Numbered from the whole stretch's first letter, positions 23,434 through 36,786 are shown. The stretch: DNA of 55,378 nucleotides, filler included, from Basidiobolus ranarum (GCA_040143965.1; 3 parts of 3 records of this genome joined end to end with filler, not necessarily neighbours in it), one strand, 5' to 3'. Made by a program: numbers and translations. Notes: a model not told the origin generated them from the sequence alone.

Positions 23434-25803
23434 ATGGAAGCCAGAAAATTCATTAAGAAATATCCACAGCTCGATTTCAACGATGTTGACCAAATCATTC
23501 GTCAATTTGAGTAAGTATTCTTTCTTATTTTCACGTGTCATGGTTGAAGTATAGCTTGATGACTAACGTTTAATTTTACAGGAACTTTGATTTAGATGGT
23601 GATGGTGTCATTGACCAACGCGAACTGTACCAAGCCTGTCAAAAACTAGGTCAAAGATACACTTATGATGAGGTACGAGCTGCTATAAAAGAAGTAGATT
23701 TCAGTCGTGACGATGCCATCGATCTTGAAGAATTCTTCGAGGTAACATACCTTTACTTTACAATAATATAGTGTGTCTTTACTTACTTTAGTTTTAGGTA
23801 GTAGCCAAGATGAAGGATGGGCAACAAATTGCTCCTGTTTTTGCAGGAATCGTCAATAAGAATGTAATCACTGTCAAAGGAAAAGGATCAGATTCCGCAC
23901 ACTCAATCAATGAGGATGAAAAGTCCGAGTTTACTACGCATGTAAATCAAACTTTGGCCGAGGATCCCGATCTTGGAAATAGATTGCCCATTGATCCTGA
24001 TACCATGCAACTCTTTGATGAGTGCAAAGGTAATATTCTTTACACTTGATTCAATTCGTTTGATGTGTTACTAATTGATGGACATTTTATTCAGATGGTT
24101 TAATCTTATCTAAACTCATTAACAGCGCCTCTCCCGATACTATTGATGAACGTGTATTGAATGTTGGACGAAAGTTGAATACCTTCCAAATGACTGAGAA
24201 TAATAATCTCGTTATTAACTCCGCTAAAGCTATTGGTTGTAACGTTGTTAACATTGGCTCACAAGATTTGATTGATGGCAGAGAGCATCTTATCTTGGGT
24301 CTTATTTGGCAAATCATTAAAATTGGTTTGCTTGCTAAGATCGATATTAAACTCCACCCTGAATTGTATCGTTTACTCGAGGAAGATGAAACTCTTGAAG
24401 ATTTCCTCAAGCTTCCTGCAGACGCTATCCTCTTAAGATGGGTTAATTATCATTTGAAGGCTGCCAAATGGCACCGTACAGTCAGAAACTTCAGTACTGA
24501 TGTCAAAGTAAGTAACAGTAACTTTGCGTAGGTAATCATGACCAATAACTCATCATTACTTGAACTTTGTATAGGACGGTGAAAACTATACCGTGTTGTT
24601 AAATCAACTTGTTCCTGACCAATGCCCTCTCTCCCCTCTCCAAGAGAAAGATCTTTACAAGCGCGCCGAAATGGTCTTGAGTAATGCCGAGAACATTGGT
24701 TGTCGCAAGTACCTTACTCCCAAAACATTGGTAGCTGGTAACCCTAAATTAAATCTCGCATTTGTGGCTTACTTGTTCAACACACATCCTGGTCTCGCAC
24801 CTTTGACCGAGCAAGAGAAGACTGAATTGGATGAGTGGCTTTTCAACTCCGAAGGTGATCGTGAAGCTAGAGGTATTTCGTTATTTCTGTATACTTACTG
24901 TCCGTAGGATAATTCTCTAATCAGTGTATCTTTAGCTTTCTCGCTTTGGATGAATAGTTTAGGAGTTGATCCATTTGTCAATAACATCTTTGAGGATTTG
25001 AAGGTTTGTGAATTCTCTAGTTTACTAGTACCTATTCATTATTCTAAAGTGGATTCATTTTGCAGGATGGTTTAGTCCTTCTTCAAGTCATGGACAAAGT
25101 CACTCCTAATCTCGTAGAGTGGAGAAGAGTTAACGATAAAAGACCAGTCACTAGTCGCTTCAAGCAAGTTGAAAACACCAACTACGTTGTAGATCTTGGT
25201 AAACAACTCCGATTCTCACTCGTTGGGATCCAGGGTGCTGATCTCACCGATGGTGTTCCCACTCTTACATTAGGTATTTAACCCATTCAATTCTTTTGGA
25301 CTAAACACTACAGTTTGTAACTGATTTTTCTCTCGCTAGGCCTTGTGTGGCAATTAATGCGTGAACACATCATTCGTACACTTCAATCTCTTTCAAAGAA
25401 TGGACGTGAAATCACTGATAATGACATGATTAAGTGGGCTAACAACACTGTGGCTCAAAGCGGCAAGAGTAGCAAGATGAGCAGCTTCAAAGACTCTAGT
25501 CTGCACAATAGTTTCTTCTTCTTGGATCTCCTTAATGCCATGAGACCAGGCGTTGTGGACTACTCTATGATTACTAATGGTGCCACTGGTAAGTGAGTTT
25601 ATATCTCTGTATATGATGATACGATACTAATTTAACTCTACCCAACAGAAAATGATGCTAAATTGAATGCGAAATACGCCATCTCTATTGCTCGTAAATT
25701 GGGAGCCTCCATCTTCTTGCTTCCAGAAGATATTGTTGAGGTACAACCAAGAATGATTCTTACATTCATCGGTAGTCTTATGGCTTTGAACCATCACAGT
25801 TAA
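23434..25803 (+). CDS. SAC6: Fimbrin (EF-hands plus four calponin-homology domains), multi-exon
   Basis: [12 protein letters not shown]-hand, [73 protein letters not shown]; stop at 25801-25803. Confidence 0.97.
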
Positions 25804-26094
25804 GTTTTGAGTCAGATAGAATTTGTGCATGAAAAAAGCTCACTTTATAAATAACTTCCGCTCTTACCTTACACCCTCACCTTGACAAAATGTATATGTT
25901 GGGATTCTGAAAATAAACCGTATTATCCGTAATTTCTCCATCGACCATCTAGTTAGTGGCATTGTTAGGTGTCTCATTACCCTCATATCCTTTGTTAACC
26001 AAGAGAAACTTGGGCTCTTGAAAATTAACTAAATTAGCCATGTAACACAAGTAACCATACACTAGATCTTAACATCTAAGCCACACGGCTAGTA

Positions 26095-26143
26095 CCTAAC
26101 CCTAAGTTGATTAATCACGGAAAAGTAATCAACCTAACCCTAA
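26095..26143 (+). promoter_or_regulatory. Two telo-box-like CTAACCCTAA motifs flanking an 8-bp inverted repeat
   Basis: cctaaccctaa at 26095-26105, gttgatta/taatcaac at 26106-26133, ctaaccctaa at 26134-26143. Confidence 0.45.
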
Positions 26144-26189
26144 TTGCCCTAGCCTATATGTTTCAACTATTAATCCTAATAAATTCGCA

Positions 26190-27015
26190 CCATTTCTCTT
26201 TGTACACAGATTTGGCATTATTTGACAATTCCGCTAACAGACTCGAACGAATCTGTTCTGAACCTTGGGAGCAACTAAACCAAAGAAAATGACAAGAATC
26301 ATCCGTCACACAGTAGAGTTACACAGCAGAAGTTTGCCATAACGTGTCAATAAGATAGTGTACGACTGCATCACTTGATCATCTGATTAGATGATTGGAG
26401 GAATGTGAGCAATGCAATAAAGACATGTTCTGTGGAGGTGACATTAGAGAAACATTCAGAGATCAACCAAGATGAGTGTGTTTTCAGGATCAAAATTGAC
26501 ATATTTCCCCACGCGTTCCTTCCAATCTTCTGGAATTCTATCGTTCAATCCGGTTATGTTTCGTTTCCCCCAAGCATTGTTCAAATAGCGGAAGTTTATC
26601 CAGTGCATTATCACTTTGTACCATGAAATACAACCTCAATCTTCATTGCCCAATTCATCAAGGAGAGATTGTTGGTACTTGGATCCCTCAGGATCACCGG
26701 TCGGATCCAATGCGAAATCCCAACTAGTGTTATATTAATTAACAAAAACACCGTGAGAATCAACCACAAAATTAGAGTCCAGAGGTTGCTTCGGTGACAC
26801 AAATAGTATTGTGTTACCCTCTGTGGACTTTTATGAATGTTTAGGTTTTAGATATGCATTATAGTGGATGGTGGTGGCGGATGGAACTAATGAATATCCG
26901 TCGGATTCATCGGACTTGAATCCAAACTAAGTGATCGGTATTGCTGGGTGATGTTGTGTGCGGCTGTGTATTACCACGGATTAGCCGGTGTCAAGTCCAA
27001 AAGGTACATAAAGTC
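26190..27015 (+). ncRNA. Candidate large structured non-coding RNA (~820 nt), family unknown
   Basis: More than 15 mutually compatible helices found by eye, with 5' and 3' ends paired and G-U pairs favouring the + strand. No credible ORF. Telo-box and TATA-like sequence lie just upstream. Confidence 0.55.
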
Positions 27016-27734
27016 CAAAGTACTCTCTCTTGCTACTTGTTCAATAGGCTCAAGTTTGATAGTCTCAGCTGTAGGTTTAGTTGGCCATTGGAGCCCTAAC
27101 CCTAACTAGTCAGGAATTTAGATTTGCCTTTCCTGATTTCGTGGAGAGTGTTGCACGTTACAGCACTTTCACATTAGAACTAATACAGGTTTAATTGAAA
27201 CATAAGCAGATGATTAATCGATTGTCAGTGAAGTGATTGTTAGATAGAAAAGTACCAGATAGGAGTCTCTACGTCCTATCTTAAGCCCTTCGATGTAATA
27301 AAAACCAGAAACAAATCAACTGCATCTCTATTAATAGAGCTAGGAACTACGATGCATTTGTATTAGTCACCTTGAGCTCGGATAATCCATACGATCAAGA
27401 TCACGTTACACATGTTGAATCAGACTCTATGTGTTTCGACACAAACCAGAAGGCGTTGGGGATGACTCAATTCCAAGGATTATCTCGCTTACCCTGACCT
27501 GACTTGTAATAGTAATTCACCGTTTAGAAATTGTAAGTCACACGCCAATTCATTGTTTCTTTTTTTCTAACACATCTAGTCACACTGGTTCATGTGACTC
27601 TCAGGTAAATTGATTGCTCATCGTGGAAACTCAAATTCATATATAAACTCGCCAAATCATTTCATCCTGCTGCACTAATCTCTAGTTGTATCTTCTTTTT
27701 GAATCGTTTAATTAATATCTTTACCACTAGATTC

Positions 27735-29660
27735 ATGTCTATTCATTTCCGAAACACTTCTGCCTACTGTAATCTTTCCTCAAGAGTTTCTTCTACTCTT
27801 GCCCGCTCACCTAACGTAGGAGCAGGCTTATCAACTTTCCCTAGACTTGCCACTTCGGTGAACAGATCTTTCCCTCTACGTAAACTTCCCAATGTGGCCA
27901 CTCAACTTCGTAATTCCTCTACTACTGCTAGAGTAGGGAGTGAAGCACGCTCACGTTTGTGGCCAGCTACTTTATACGGCTCTGCTTTTGCTGCTGGTGT
28001 TGCCACCGTGTCACTGTTAAATCTATCTATCAACCCTCTACACGCCGATGCCGCTCCTAAAGACTCCGCTAACGTTTCATCTGCCAATATTTTGACCAGC
28101 GATCCTAGAATTGGCGTCAAGAATAAGACTACCTATGATTTGGTTATATCGTTGCTTGTATATAAGATGTGCATGATGACCACACTTGTTGAGTGGTCTC
28201 CTCAGCTCATTGAACTTTGTGAAAAGCTTCATTTCACCGGACCTGCATATTGGTTTATCAAACATACCTTTTTCAGTCACTTTTGCGGTGGTGAAACCCA
28301 TGAAGAGATCGCATCTACAATGGAAGATCTTAAGTCTGCCGGTATTGGTTCCATTTTAGATGTGTCCATTGAGGTGGATCTTGATAAACTACCTGAAGCT
28401 GATACTCCAGAAGCTGTCCGCGCACTTTGGAATGATCGTGCGGATCAAGTCGCCGAGTTACTCAAGGGTTCCGTCAAGGCTGCTAGTGTTGAGCCCAACA
28501 GTTTTTCCGCCATCAAATTGACTCCTCTTCTGTCACCCCTTACACTCCAGAAAGTCTCATATAATCTTTACAATCTAAGAGCAAGTTTTGTTCATCAAGA
28601 TATTGACAAGGATGGAAGACTCAACAAGGAAGAGTTCGCCTCTGTAGTGAAGCAACTCCCTGGTGCCGACCAAGCCGACATTGATACAGTTGTTAATACA
28701 CTTTTCGAGAGAGCTGATACCAACAAGCAAGGAACCGTCGATTGGATTGAATTCTCTGGATCTCTTTCCCTCGAAGACTCAGTTTCTAGACCCCTTTTTA
28801 TGGGAAAAAGTGATACTGACAGCAGTGCTACTTCGGATGACTCCGCCGCCTTTGTACCCTTGAGTAAAGCTGATTTCGAAGATTTCGATTTGTTTATGGG
28901 ACGTGTTGGTTCTATTTGCGAATACGCTAAAGACAACAAAGTTCGTCTTATGATCGATGCTGAGCAATCTTACTTCCAAGATGCTATTGATTATGCAGCC
29001 ATGGATGTTAGTCAGCGTTATAATCAAGTTGGTCAAGAATCTGGTCCTTTGATCTTCAACACTTACCAGATGTATCTCAAGGATAGCACTCGTAAATTGG
29101 CCAATGATTATGAACGTGCTCAACGTCAAAACTTCACCTTTGGTGCCAAGCTTGTCAGAGGTGCATATATGGTAACCGAACGTAAGCGTTGTGATAAGCT
29201 TAATATACCAGATATCATTAATGATACCATCGAAGACACTCACCAATGTTACGATTCCGGTGTTGAATTCCTCTTGGACCAAATCCAACCCACCGATACT
29301 CTCTCCACCACCCGTGCTGCTTTCATGGTCGCTTCTCACAACAAGGACTCGGTCACCAAAACTTGTGCCGGATTAGAAAAACGTGGACTCTCACCTAAAA
29401 CTGATATGGTAATGTTTGGGCAATTGATGGGCATGAAAGATGGCCTCTCGTACGCTCTTGGTGACAATGGCTACAAGATCTTCAAATACGTGCCTTATGG
29501 ACCAATCGAAGAAGTTGTTCCATACCTTATTCGTCGTGCCCAAGAAAACTCCAGTGTTCTTGGAGCTGCTCGTGAGGAATACGATTTAATTCTGTCTGAA
29601 CTCAAGATTCGTCTTTTTGGACAAGGCAACAAGATTCCAGTTGAAGTCAAAACTGCCTAG
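27735..29660 (+). CDS. PUT1: Mitochondrial proline dehydrogenase with an inserted EF-hand pair, single exon
   Basis: Basic/Ser-rich presequence from ATG 27735; HFCGGE, AIKLT, LMIDAEQSYFQ, NTYQMYLK, KLVRGAYM, ASHN, GQLMGM, KYVPYGP, PYLIRRAQEN. EF loops DIDKDGRLNKEE and DTNKQGTVDWIE. Confidence 0.96.
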   Translation: MSIHFRNTSAYCNLSSRVSSTLARSPNVGAGLSTFPRLATSVNRSFPLRKLPNVATQLRNSSTTARVGSEARSRLWPATLYGSAFAAGVATVSLLNLSINPLHADAAPKDSANVSSANILTSDPRIGVKNKTTYDLVISLLVYKMCMMTTLVEWSPQLIELCEKLHFTGPAYWFIKHTFFSHFCGGETHEEIASTMEDLKSAGIGSILDVSIEVDLDKLPEADTPEAVRALWNDRADQVAELLKGSVKAASVEPNSFSAIKLTPLLSPLTLQKVSYNLYNLRASFVHQDIDKDGRLNKEEFASVVKQLPGADQADIDTVVNTLFERADTNKQGTVDWIEFSGSLSLEDSVSRPLFMGKSDTDSSATSDDSAAFVPLSKADFEDFDLFMGRVGSICEYAKDNKVRLMIDAEQSYFQDAIDYAAMDVSQRYNQVGQESGPLIFNTYQMYLKDSTRKLANDYERAQRQNFTFGAKLVRGAYMVTERKRCDKLNIPDIINDTIEDTHQCYDSGVEFLLDQIQPTDTLSTTRAAFMVASHNKDSVTKTCAGLEKRGLSPKTDMVMFGQLMGMKDGLSYALGDNGYKIFKYVPYGPIEEVVPYLIRRAQENSSVLGAAREEYDLILSELKIRLFGQGNKIPVEVKTA

Positions 29661-30084
29661 AGCGGAGGTCTAATCTCATTCTACATCACTACCATCTCTT
29701 CATTATCACGCATCTCATTCTCATACTTGGCACACCCAATCTCCTCATCCGCCGCCCGCCACACTTGTAAAATATAATCTCACCAGTTATTCCATTTCTC
29801 TGAACTAAATAGCAATAAAATGTTACCTATATTTGCATCACCTGATCACATGAGTAGTCGGTGACAAATTAACTCACTGAAACATGTTAATCATGAACTA
29901 ACTTGGTTAAGCTTAGAATGGTTGTAGGGGTGGGGACAGGGTGAAGAAGGGATTGGCGAATGTTATACGAGGTACATCTCCACTAACAGGAGAGAATGTT
30001 CGAATGCTGTATTTCATTACAAGTTTCACATTCTCAGTTTGGTTAGATTTTCCACTGAATATTCCTTTAAAATCCATAATTAAG

Positions 30085-30222
30085 CCCTAACCCCATTGAT
30101 CTTGGCTTGGTTCCAGTCATGAGCATGGTCGAACTAACTGTTTCTATTTCTAACCCTAACCCGATTCCTACTTATTTGAAGCTTAGGCTCTGACGTGTTT
30201 CATTGCATGCCCTAACCCTAAC
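30085..30222 (+). promoter_or_regulatory. Cluster of three telo-box-like motifs in a convergent intergenic region
   Basis: ccctaacccc at 30085, ctaaccctaaccc at 30150, ccctaaccctaac at 30210. Confidence 0.4.
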
Positions 30223-30374
30223 TGGTTTTCTCTCTCTTTGTATGATGATATGGTTGATTTAGGTTTGTTTGTTTATTCAGTGTATATGTATACATATCCT
30301 TGTCCATTCTTGACTAGATTTGTAATTATGCCATAGTATGTTAGTTATACTTCTCTTACATCTAAATAGCGACT

Positions 30375-30474
30375 TGTGCTATTCTCTCACCTTGAGCATT
30401 CTACCCAAATGCTCTACTATGAGGATTGCACAACACCAATTGCCATTTCTGTCAGTTAAAATGCGATTACAATA
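30375..30474 (+). ncRNA. Possible box H/ACA snoRNA
   Basis: Hairpin with internal pocket, ANANNA (ACAACA 30430-30435), a second short hairpin, then ACA at 30469-30471. No rRNA target identified. Confidence 0.3.
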
Positions 30475-30684
30475 ACTAAATCAAATGCTTAAGCCTGCAA
30501 TGTACATTTATTAACCATTGGTAGTAATACATCATACAGCACTATGTCGATTTTACACCCCATAGAGCAGATAGATGTATTGAAAATAGTAAGCGGGCGA
30601 TATTTTTTAGAAGATTTAAAGGGGAAAATATATACGCACAATATTTATAAAAAATCAAGTAATAAACTAGGTAAATAACTCGTC

Positions 30685-31227
30685 TTAGTATTGTGAATCA
30701 GAAGGTCCAGTTGGTCTTCTGTCATCTCTTTTATGTTCGGAGTAAGGAGCTCTATTATCTCCCCATTGTCCTCCACCTCTGCTACCGTATGAGCCACCTC
30801 TACCACCATGCCAACCGCTTCCTCCATCATTTCGACTATTGTGATGGTTGTTGCTATTATATCTGCGGTTTTGGTTGTAATCGCCTTGATATCCATGGTG
30901 ATTGCCTCCAGGTTGTCTTGAGCCACCTGAATAATCATTACGTCTTCCACCACTGTTATAGTGTCCACCTCTGTCGCCACCATTACCTCCTTGGCGGTGT
31001 CCTTCATAGCCACCACGATGTCCTCCTCTAAAGCGCTGGAATGTAGGTTTAGGCACGCTTTGGAAAGTGGGTGGAGGAATGGTTGATTCTAAAGGGGTTT
31101 CCTTATATTCCGGATCGGCATCTAAGAAAAGAGATAGTCAAAAAGTGGATTAGAATTAAAAAAAGAAAGTGACTATCCTACAGAATAGTTGGGGATAGTA
31201 AGAAATAATACCTGTATATGGGTCCAT
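30685..31227 (-). CDS. Small RGG/Asn-rich RNA-binding protein, RAM/RAMAC-like N-terminus, 2 exons
   Basis: Exon 1 ATG GAC CCA TAT ACA G (31227-31212) splices to exon 2, giving MDPYTDADPEYKETPLESTIPPPTFQSVPKPTFQRFRGGHRGGY...DSQY*. Confidence 0.75.
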
Positions 31228-31825
31228 ATTCCTTAGTTAGAACTGTTGAAAGTAAAGAGAAGAAAATATAGTTGAGTTTGAATATTTAGGTATAATATTT
31301 TCGGTGAATTTTGGCCGAAATCAAAAAGTTAATCTAGATTTTAACAAACTTCATAATATATCGATAATCGAATCTCTAAGCATTGATTGCAAGTCTGTAG
31401 AGATAGTAAAAAAGTTCAACTTCCACGCAGCATTTACTTTTCTTTCAATGTAACATAGTCTTTGCTTACTTAACTTTAACCTTAACCTTGGATCAGATGT
31501 TAGGGTCTCACTAGAAAGTGTCAGTGAAATGATATTTGCATTTAAGTTACAAGGATCAATTAAAAGGTGTCGACAAAAGCATTCAATTACACCATGATCA
31601 GGTGATTCTCAGTAGTGAATATCTGTGTGTCAAAAAAAAAAGTGTAACCGAGTTAGGTACGTGTACATTTATTAATGTTAACGGGGTAAGCCTCATTCGA
31701 TTCGAAATTATATCCCTCCCTCTCCCTTCTCTTATCGATCTTCTCTATTCTTGTATCTCCCAAACCTACCTTTTGTTTCTTCCCTAGAACTTTCACTCCC
31801 CTTTTTGAAATAACTCACTTAAAAT

Positions 31826-32865
<1,040 letters not shown>

Positions 32866-33424
32866 GCAAACAAGCGATTCCAATCCGACTGTCCTAACAT
32901 TGTTGTTTTCTTTTCGGCCAACGCAGGGTGATTTTATACATTAAGGGAATCTAATTTCAACCCAACATTATTTTGCGACCCAACGTTCGACTTCTTTATA
33001 CTTAACATCACCTTTTTCAGTGGCATTACTTTGAGAACTTTATTATTTTTCAAAGGCTTCTCAAAGTCTTATTAATCACATTAATCATATTCCTGTCTTG
33101 TTAGAATATTCCTCGTGTCTTCTTGATATTAAGTAAATGTGGAGTAAACGAGCAGATCTTCATTATTAATATAATCAGTAATAAGATTAGGGTCATGGAT
33201 GAAGCAAAGTTAAGCTGATATTGAAAGATATTTCACATATTGTATTCACCAATTAATCAAATTAAATCATCAACAAACTTGAGATGAAGTACGTATTTCA
33301 TGGATAGAAAATCCACCAATTCATTCCATCCACTGGGCAAATCAACGTAAGATAGTGTGAATCGATTTGGAGGGCAGGAATTGTATACCTTTTAGAATAT
33401 TTTCTTCCATTAATTTTCTACGTC

Positions 33425-34093
33425 ATGTCCAAAGTATGGGTTTTATTAAAGTCTACGGAAGCTTCGGATATCACTGAGACGAAAGTAGCGGGAGTATTTA
33501 GTGTATTCGAAGAAGCCTATAGTACCGCCATCAAAGAGACCTTAATATGGTACGAAGAGGAAGTGAGTATAGACATGGAAGAAGTTTATTCCGGTTTAAA
33601 AAGTTCAGAAAGTGAAATAGTAAAAGTGATTTCTTATGGAAATTCCATTCCTTTAAACCTTGAAGAAGTCCAATTAAGTTCCATATTCAATCATCTATCC
33701 GAATGGACTTTTACACTGTATCAACGTCAACTCTTTAACCATACTACTTCTAAGGGTAAAAACGTGGAAAGCTCCCTGAAAACTACGAAAAGTTTGAGAT
33801 TGGTTCGTTTTATGATCACTTCTCACTTGGTGGACGTTTACGAAGCTGACGACGAGGAATTTCATATTCAAAATACTAATGAAAATTCCGGTGAATATGG
33901 ATTTTCTGAAGAGGAGGTGGAGCAAGATGAAGAGGATAGTGACTTGGAGATGGATGTTGACGAAGATGAATTGAATGGTTTACTAGAAGATCTAGAGCAT
34001 GATCCTGAACAGTGGTTGGAGTTGGCTAGGGTACGTGGGGGAACGGATTCTGAAACCACTACCCAACCTAAGCCAGGTTCTTCGAAATCCTGA
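33425..34093 (+). CDS. Hypothetical protein with acidic C-terminal tail
   Basis: 222-aa ATG-initiated single-exon ORF with protein-like composition; no recognised family. Confidence 0.6.
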   Translation: MSKVWVLLKSTEASDITETKVAGVFSVFEEAYSTAIKETLIWYEEEVSIDMEEVYSGLKSSESEIVKVISYGNSIPLNLEEVQLSSIFNHLSEWTFTLYQRQLFNHTTSKGKNVESSLKTTKSLRLVRFMITSHLVDVYEADDEEFHIQNTNENSGEYGFSEEEVEQDEEDSDLEMDVDEDELNGLLEDLEHDPEQWLELARVRGGTDSETTTQPKPGSSKS

Positions 34094-34258
34094 TTCCTTT
34101 CTTTAGACAAGCAATAAAGCTTTTTGATTTCACTTTTCATGTTGTATAATTGAGTTTGGTTGTATAGAATTTAAAACATGATGCTCATTCTCGTATTTCA
34201 ATAGATTTATTTCATTTAGCCTAGAGTTTTCGTTAAATAAATCCTACATTGCTAAGTG

Positions 34259-35617
<1,359 letters not shown>

Positions 35618-36046
35618 CTAATAGAAGGTTGTAACTTCACTCTTAAAATATTCCTTACATAACATCATCTTCCTTTGACGTCACTTATCTTGGAATATAA
35701 ATCAGGGGGAGGAATAAGAAGGTTAATTCGAAATGAGTGAAAATAAGCCAGTCACATTTATAGTTGATCATTGTAAAATATCGATTTCAAGGAATCAACT
35801 ACAACTATTAATACCAAGGAGGCATGCCATGGTTCGTGAAGGTTTTGGAGACTAGGACTAGGGTTAAGGTTAAGGTTAAATGGTATAGGCTGGGTAGAGT
35901 TATGATTTGTTTAGAATTGTCTGAGCATACAATAAGATTCTGATGGTGATTTAAAGTGTCGATCAAAGTTCGTGTCTAAGATTACACTCAAGAACATCCT
36001 TTCAACTACTGCAATAGGTCTTGGTAACTCAATGGCAAATCCTACA

Positions 36047-36786
36047 CGTTTCTTGCGAGATCATTGGCACACTCACCTCTTCCCACAACACAAGCAAAGG
36101 AAATAGATGTAACATGGATTAGAGCCAGCTTTTCTCTATCGCCTGAGAACTTACTCCGAGACCCATCAATTCATTGATAAAATGAAAGGCGTTGAAAGCG
36201 TATCTGCAATACGAACAAACATACACACACACACACCAACACCAGCGCCATAATCAATCACAGCTCTATCACCATAGTGATCAACACTGATTCTGTAATG
36301 AGTGATCAGGGGGATTATGGGATTATGGACTGGGATAAGGGTTTGGGGATGGTTTGTTGACAGATCGTGGTACAAGAAACCTGTTATTCGCGATATCCCA
36401 GAGCTCTGGTAAGCAGCATTGGTGTGTATGTACAGTCACTGAGTTGCAAAAATAAGCATTCGCGAGATGCCAGGTCAGTAGAGGCCGCACAGTTTATTGG
36501 TTTAGTGTAAGAATGCAACGGCTTGTTTGTGAGTAGCAAAATTGACAAGCACTTTGCCAATCAGACCTGTCTTCTCCGACTCACACCATCCAAGCACATA
36601 CTAAATCGGCTTCACTTACCACGGAAGTTACCATAGTTTTGATCTAACCATGCGGAACTCAAGCCAAGACAGGTCGTTACTAAAAACCAATCCAGACTAG
36701 GTGCCATTGGTCGATCCAATAGAATTAGCTCAATGGTTTTGGATTGCTCATATGAACAAGCGACTCTCAAGATCTCGCATGAAATG
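36047..36786 (-). ncRNA. Candidate large structured non-coding RNA (~740 nt), family unknown
   Basis: Terminal ~15-bp inverted match, an 18-bp internal arm and several 7-10 bp helices, with G-U pairs mostly favouring the - strand. No credible ORF. Confidence 0.5.

Noticed and set aside
26191-26297. snR30/U17 3' hairpin (AUUCC...AAACCAA...ACA)
   Set aside because: No H box or 5' domain upstream, m1 is displaced, and the segment lies at the 5' end of a larger fold.
27902-29376. Antisense and alternate-frame ORFs inside PUT1 (likewise inside VPH1, CCH1, IVD, LAA1 and the LRR gene)
   Set aside because: Shadow ORFs of well-supported genes.
30210-30474. Vertebrate-like telomerase RNA (CUAACCCUAACUG plus H/ACA end)
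   Set aside because: The intervening sequence is U-rich with no pseudoknot partner or CR4/5.
35912-36712. RNase P RNA on the + strand (AACCAAUCCAGACUA resembles CR-V)
   Set aside because: No CR-I inside the closing helix, and G-U pairs favour the opposite strand. A cmscan run would settle it.
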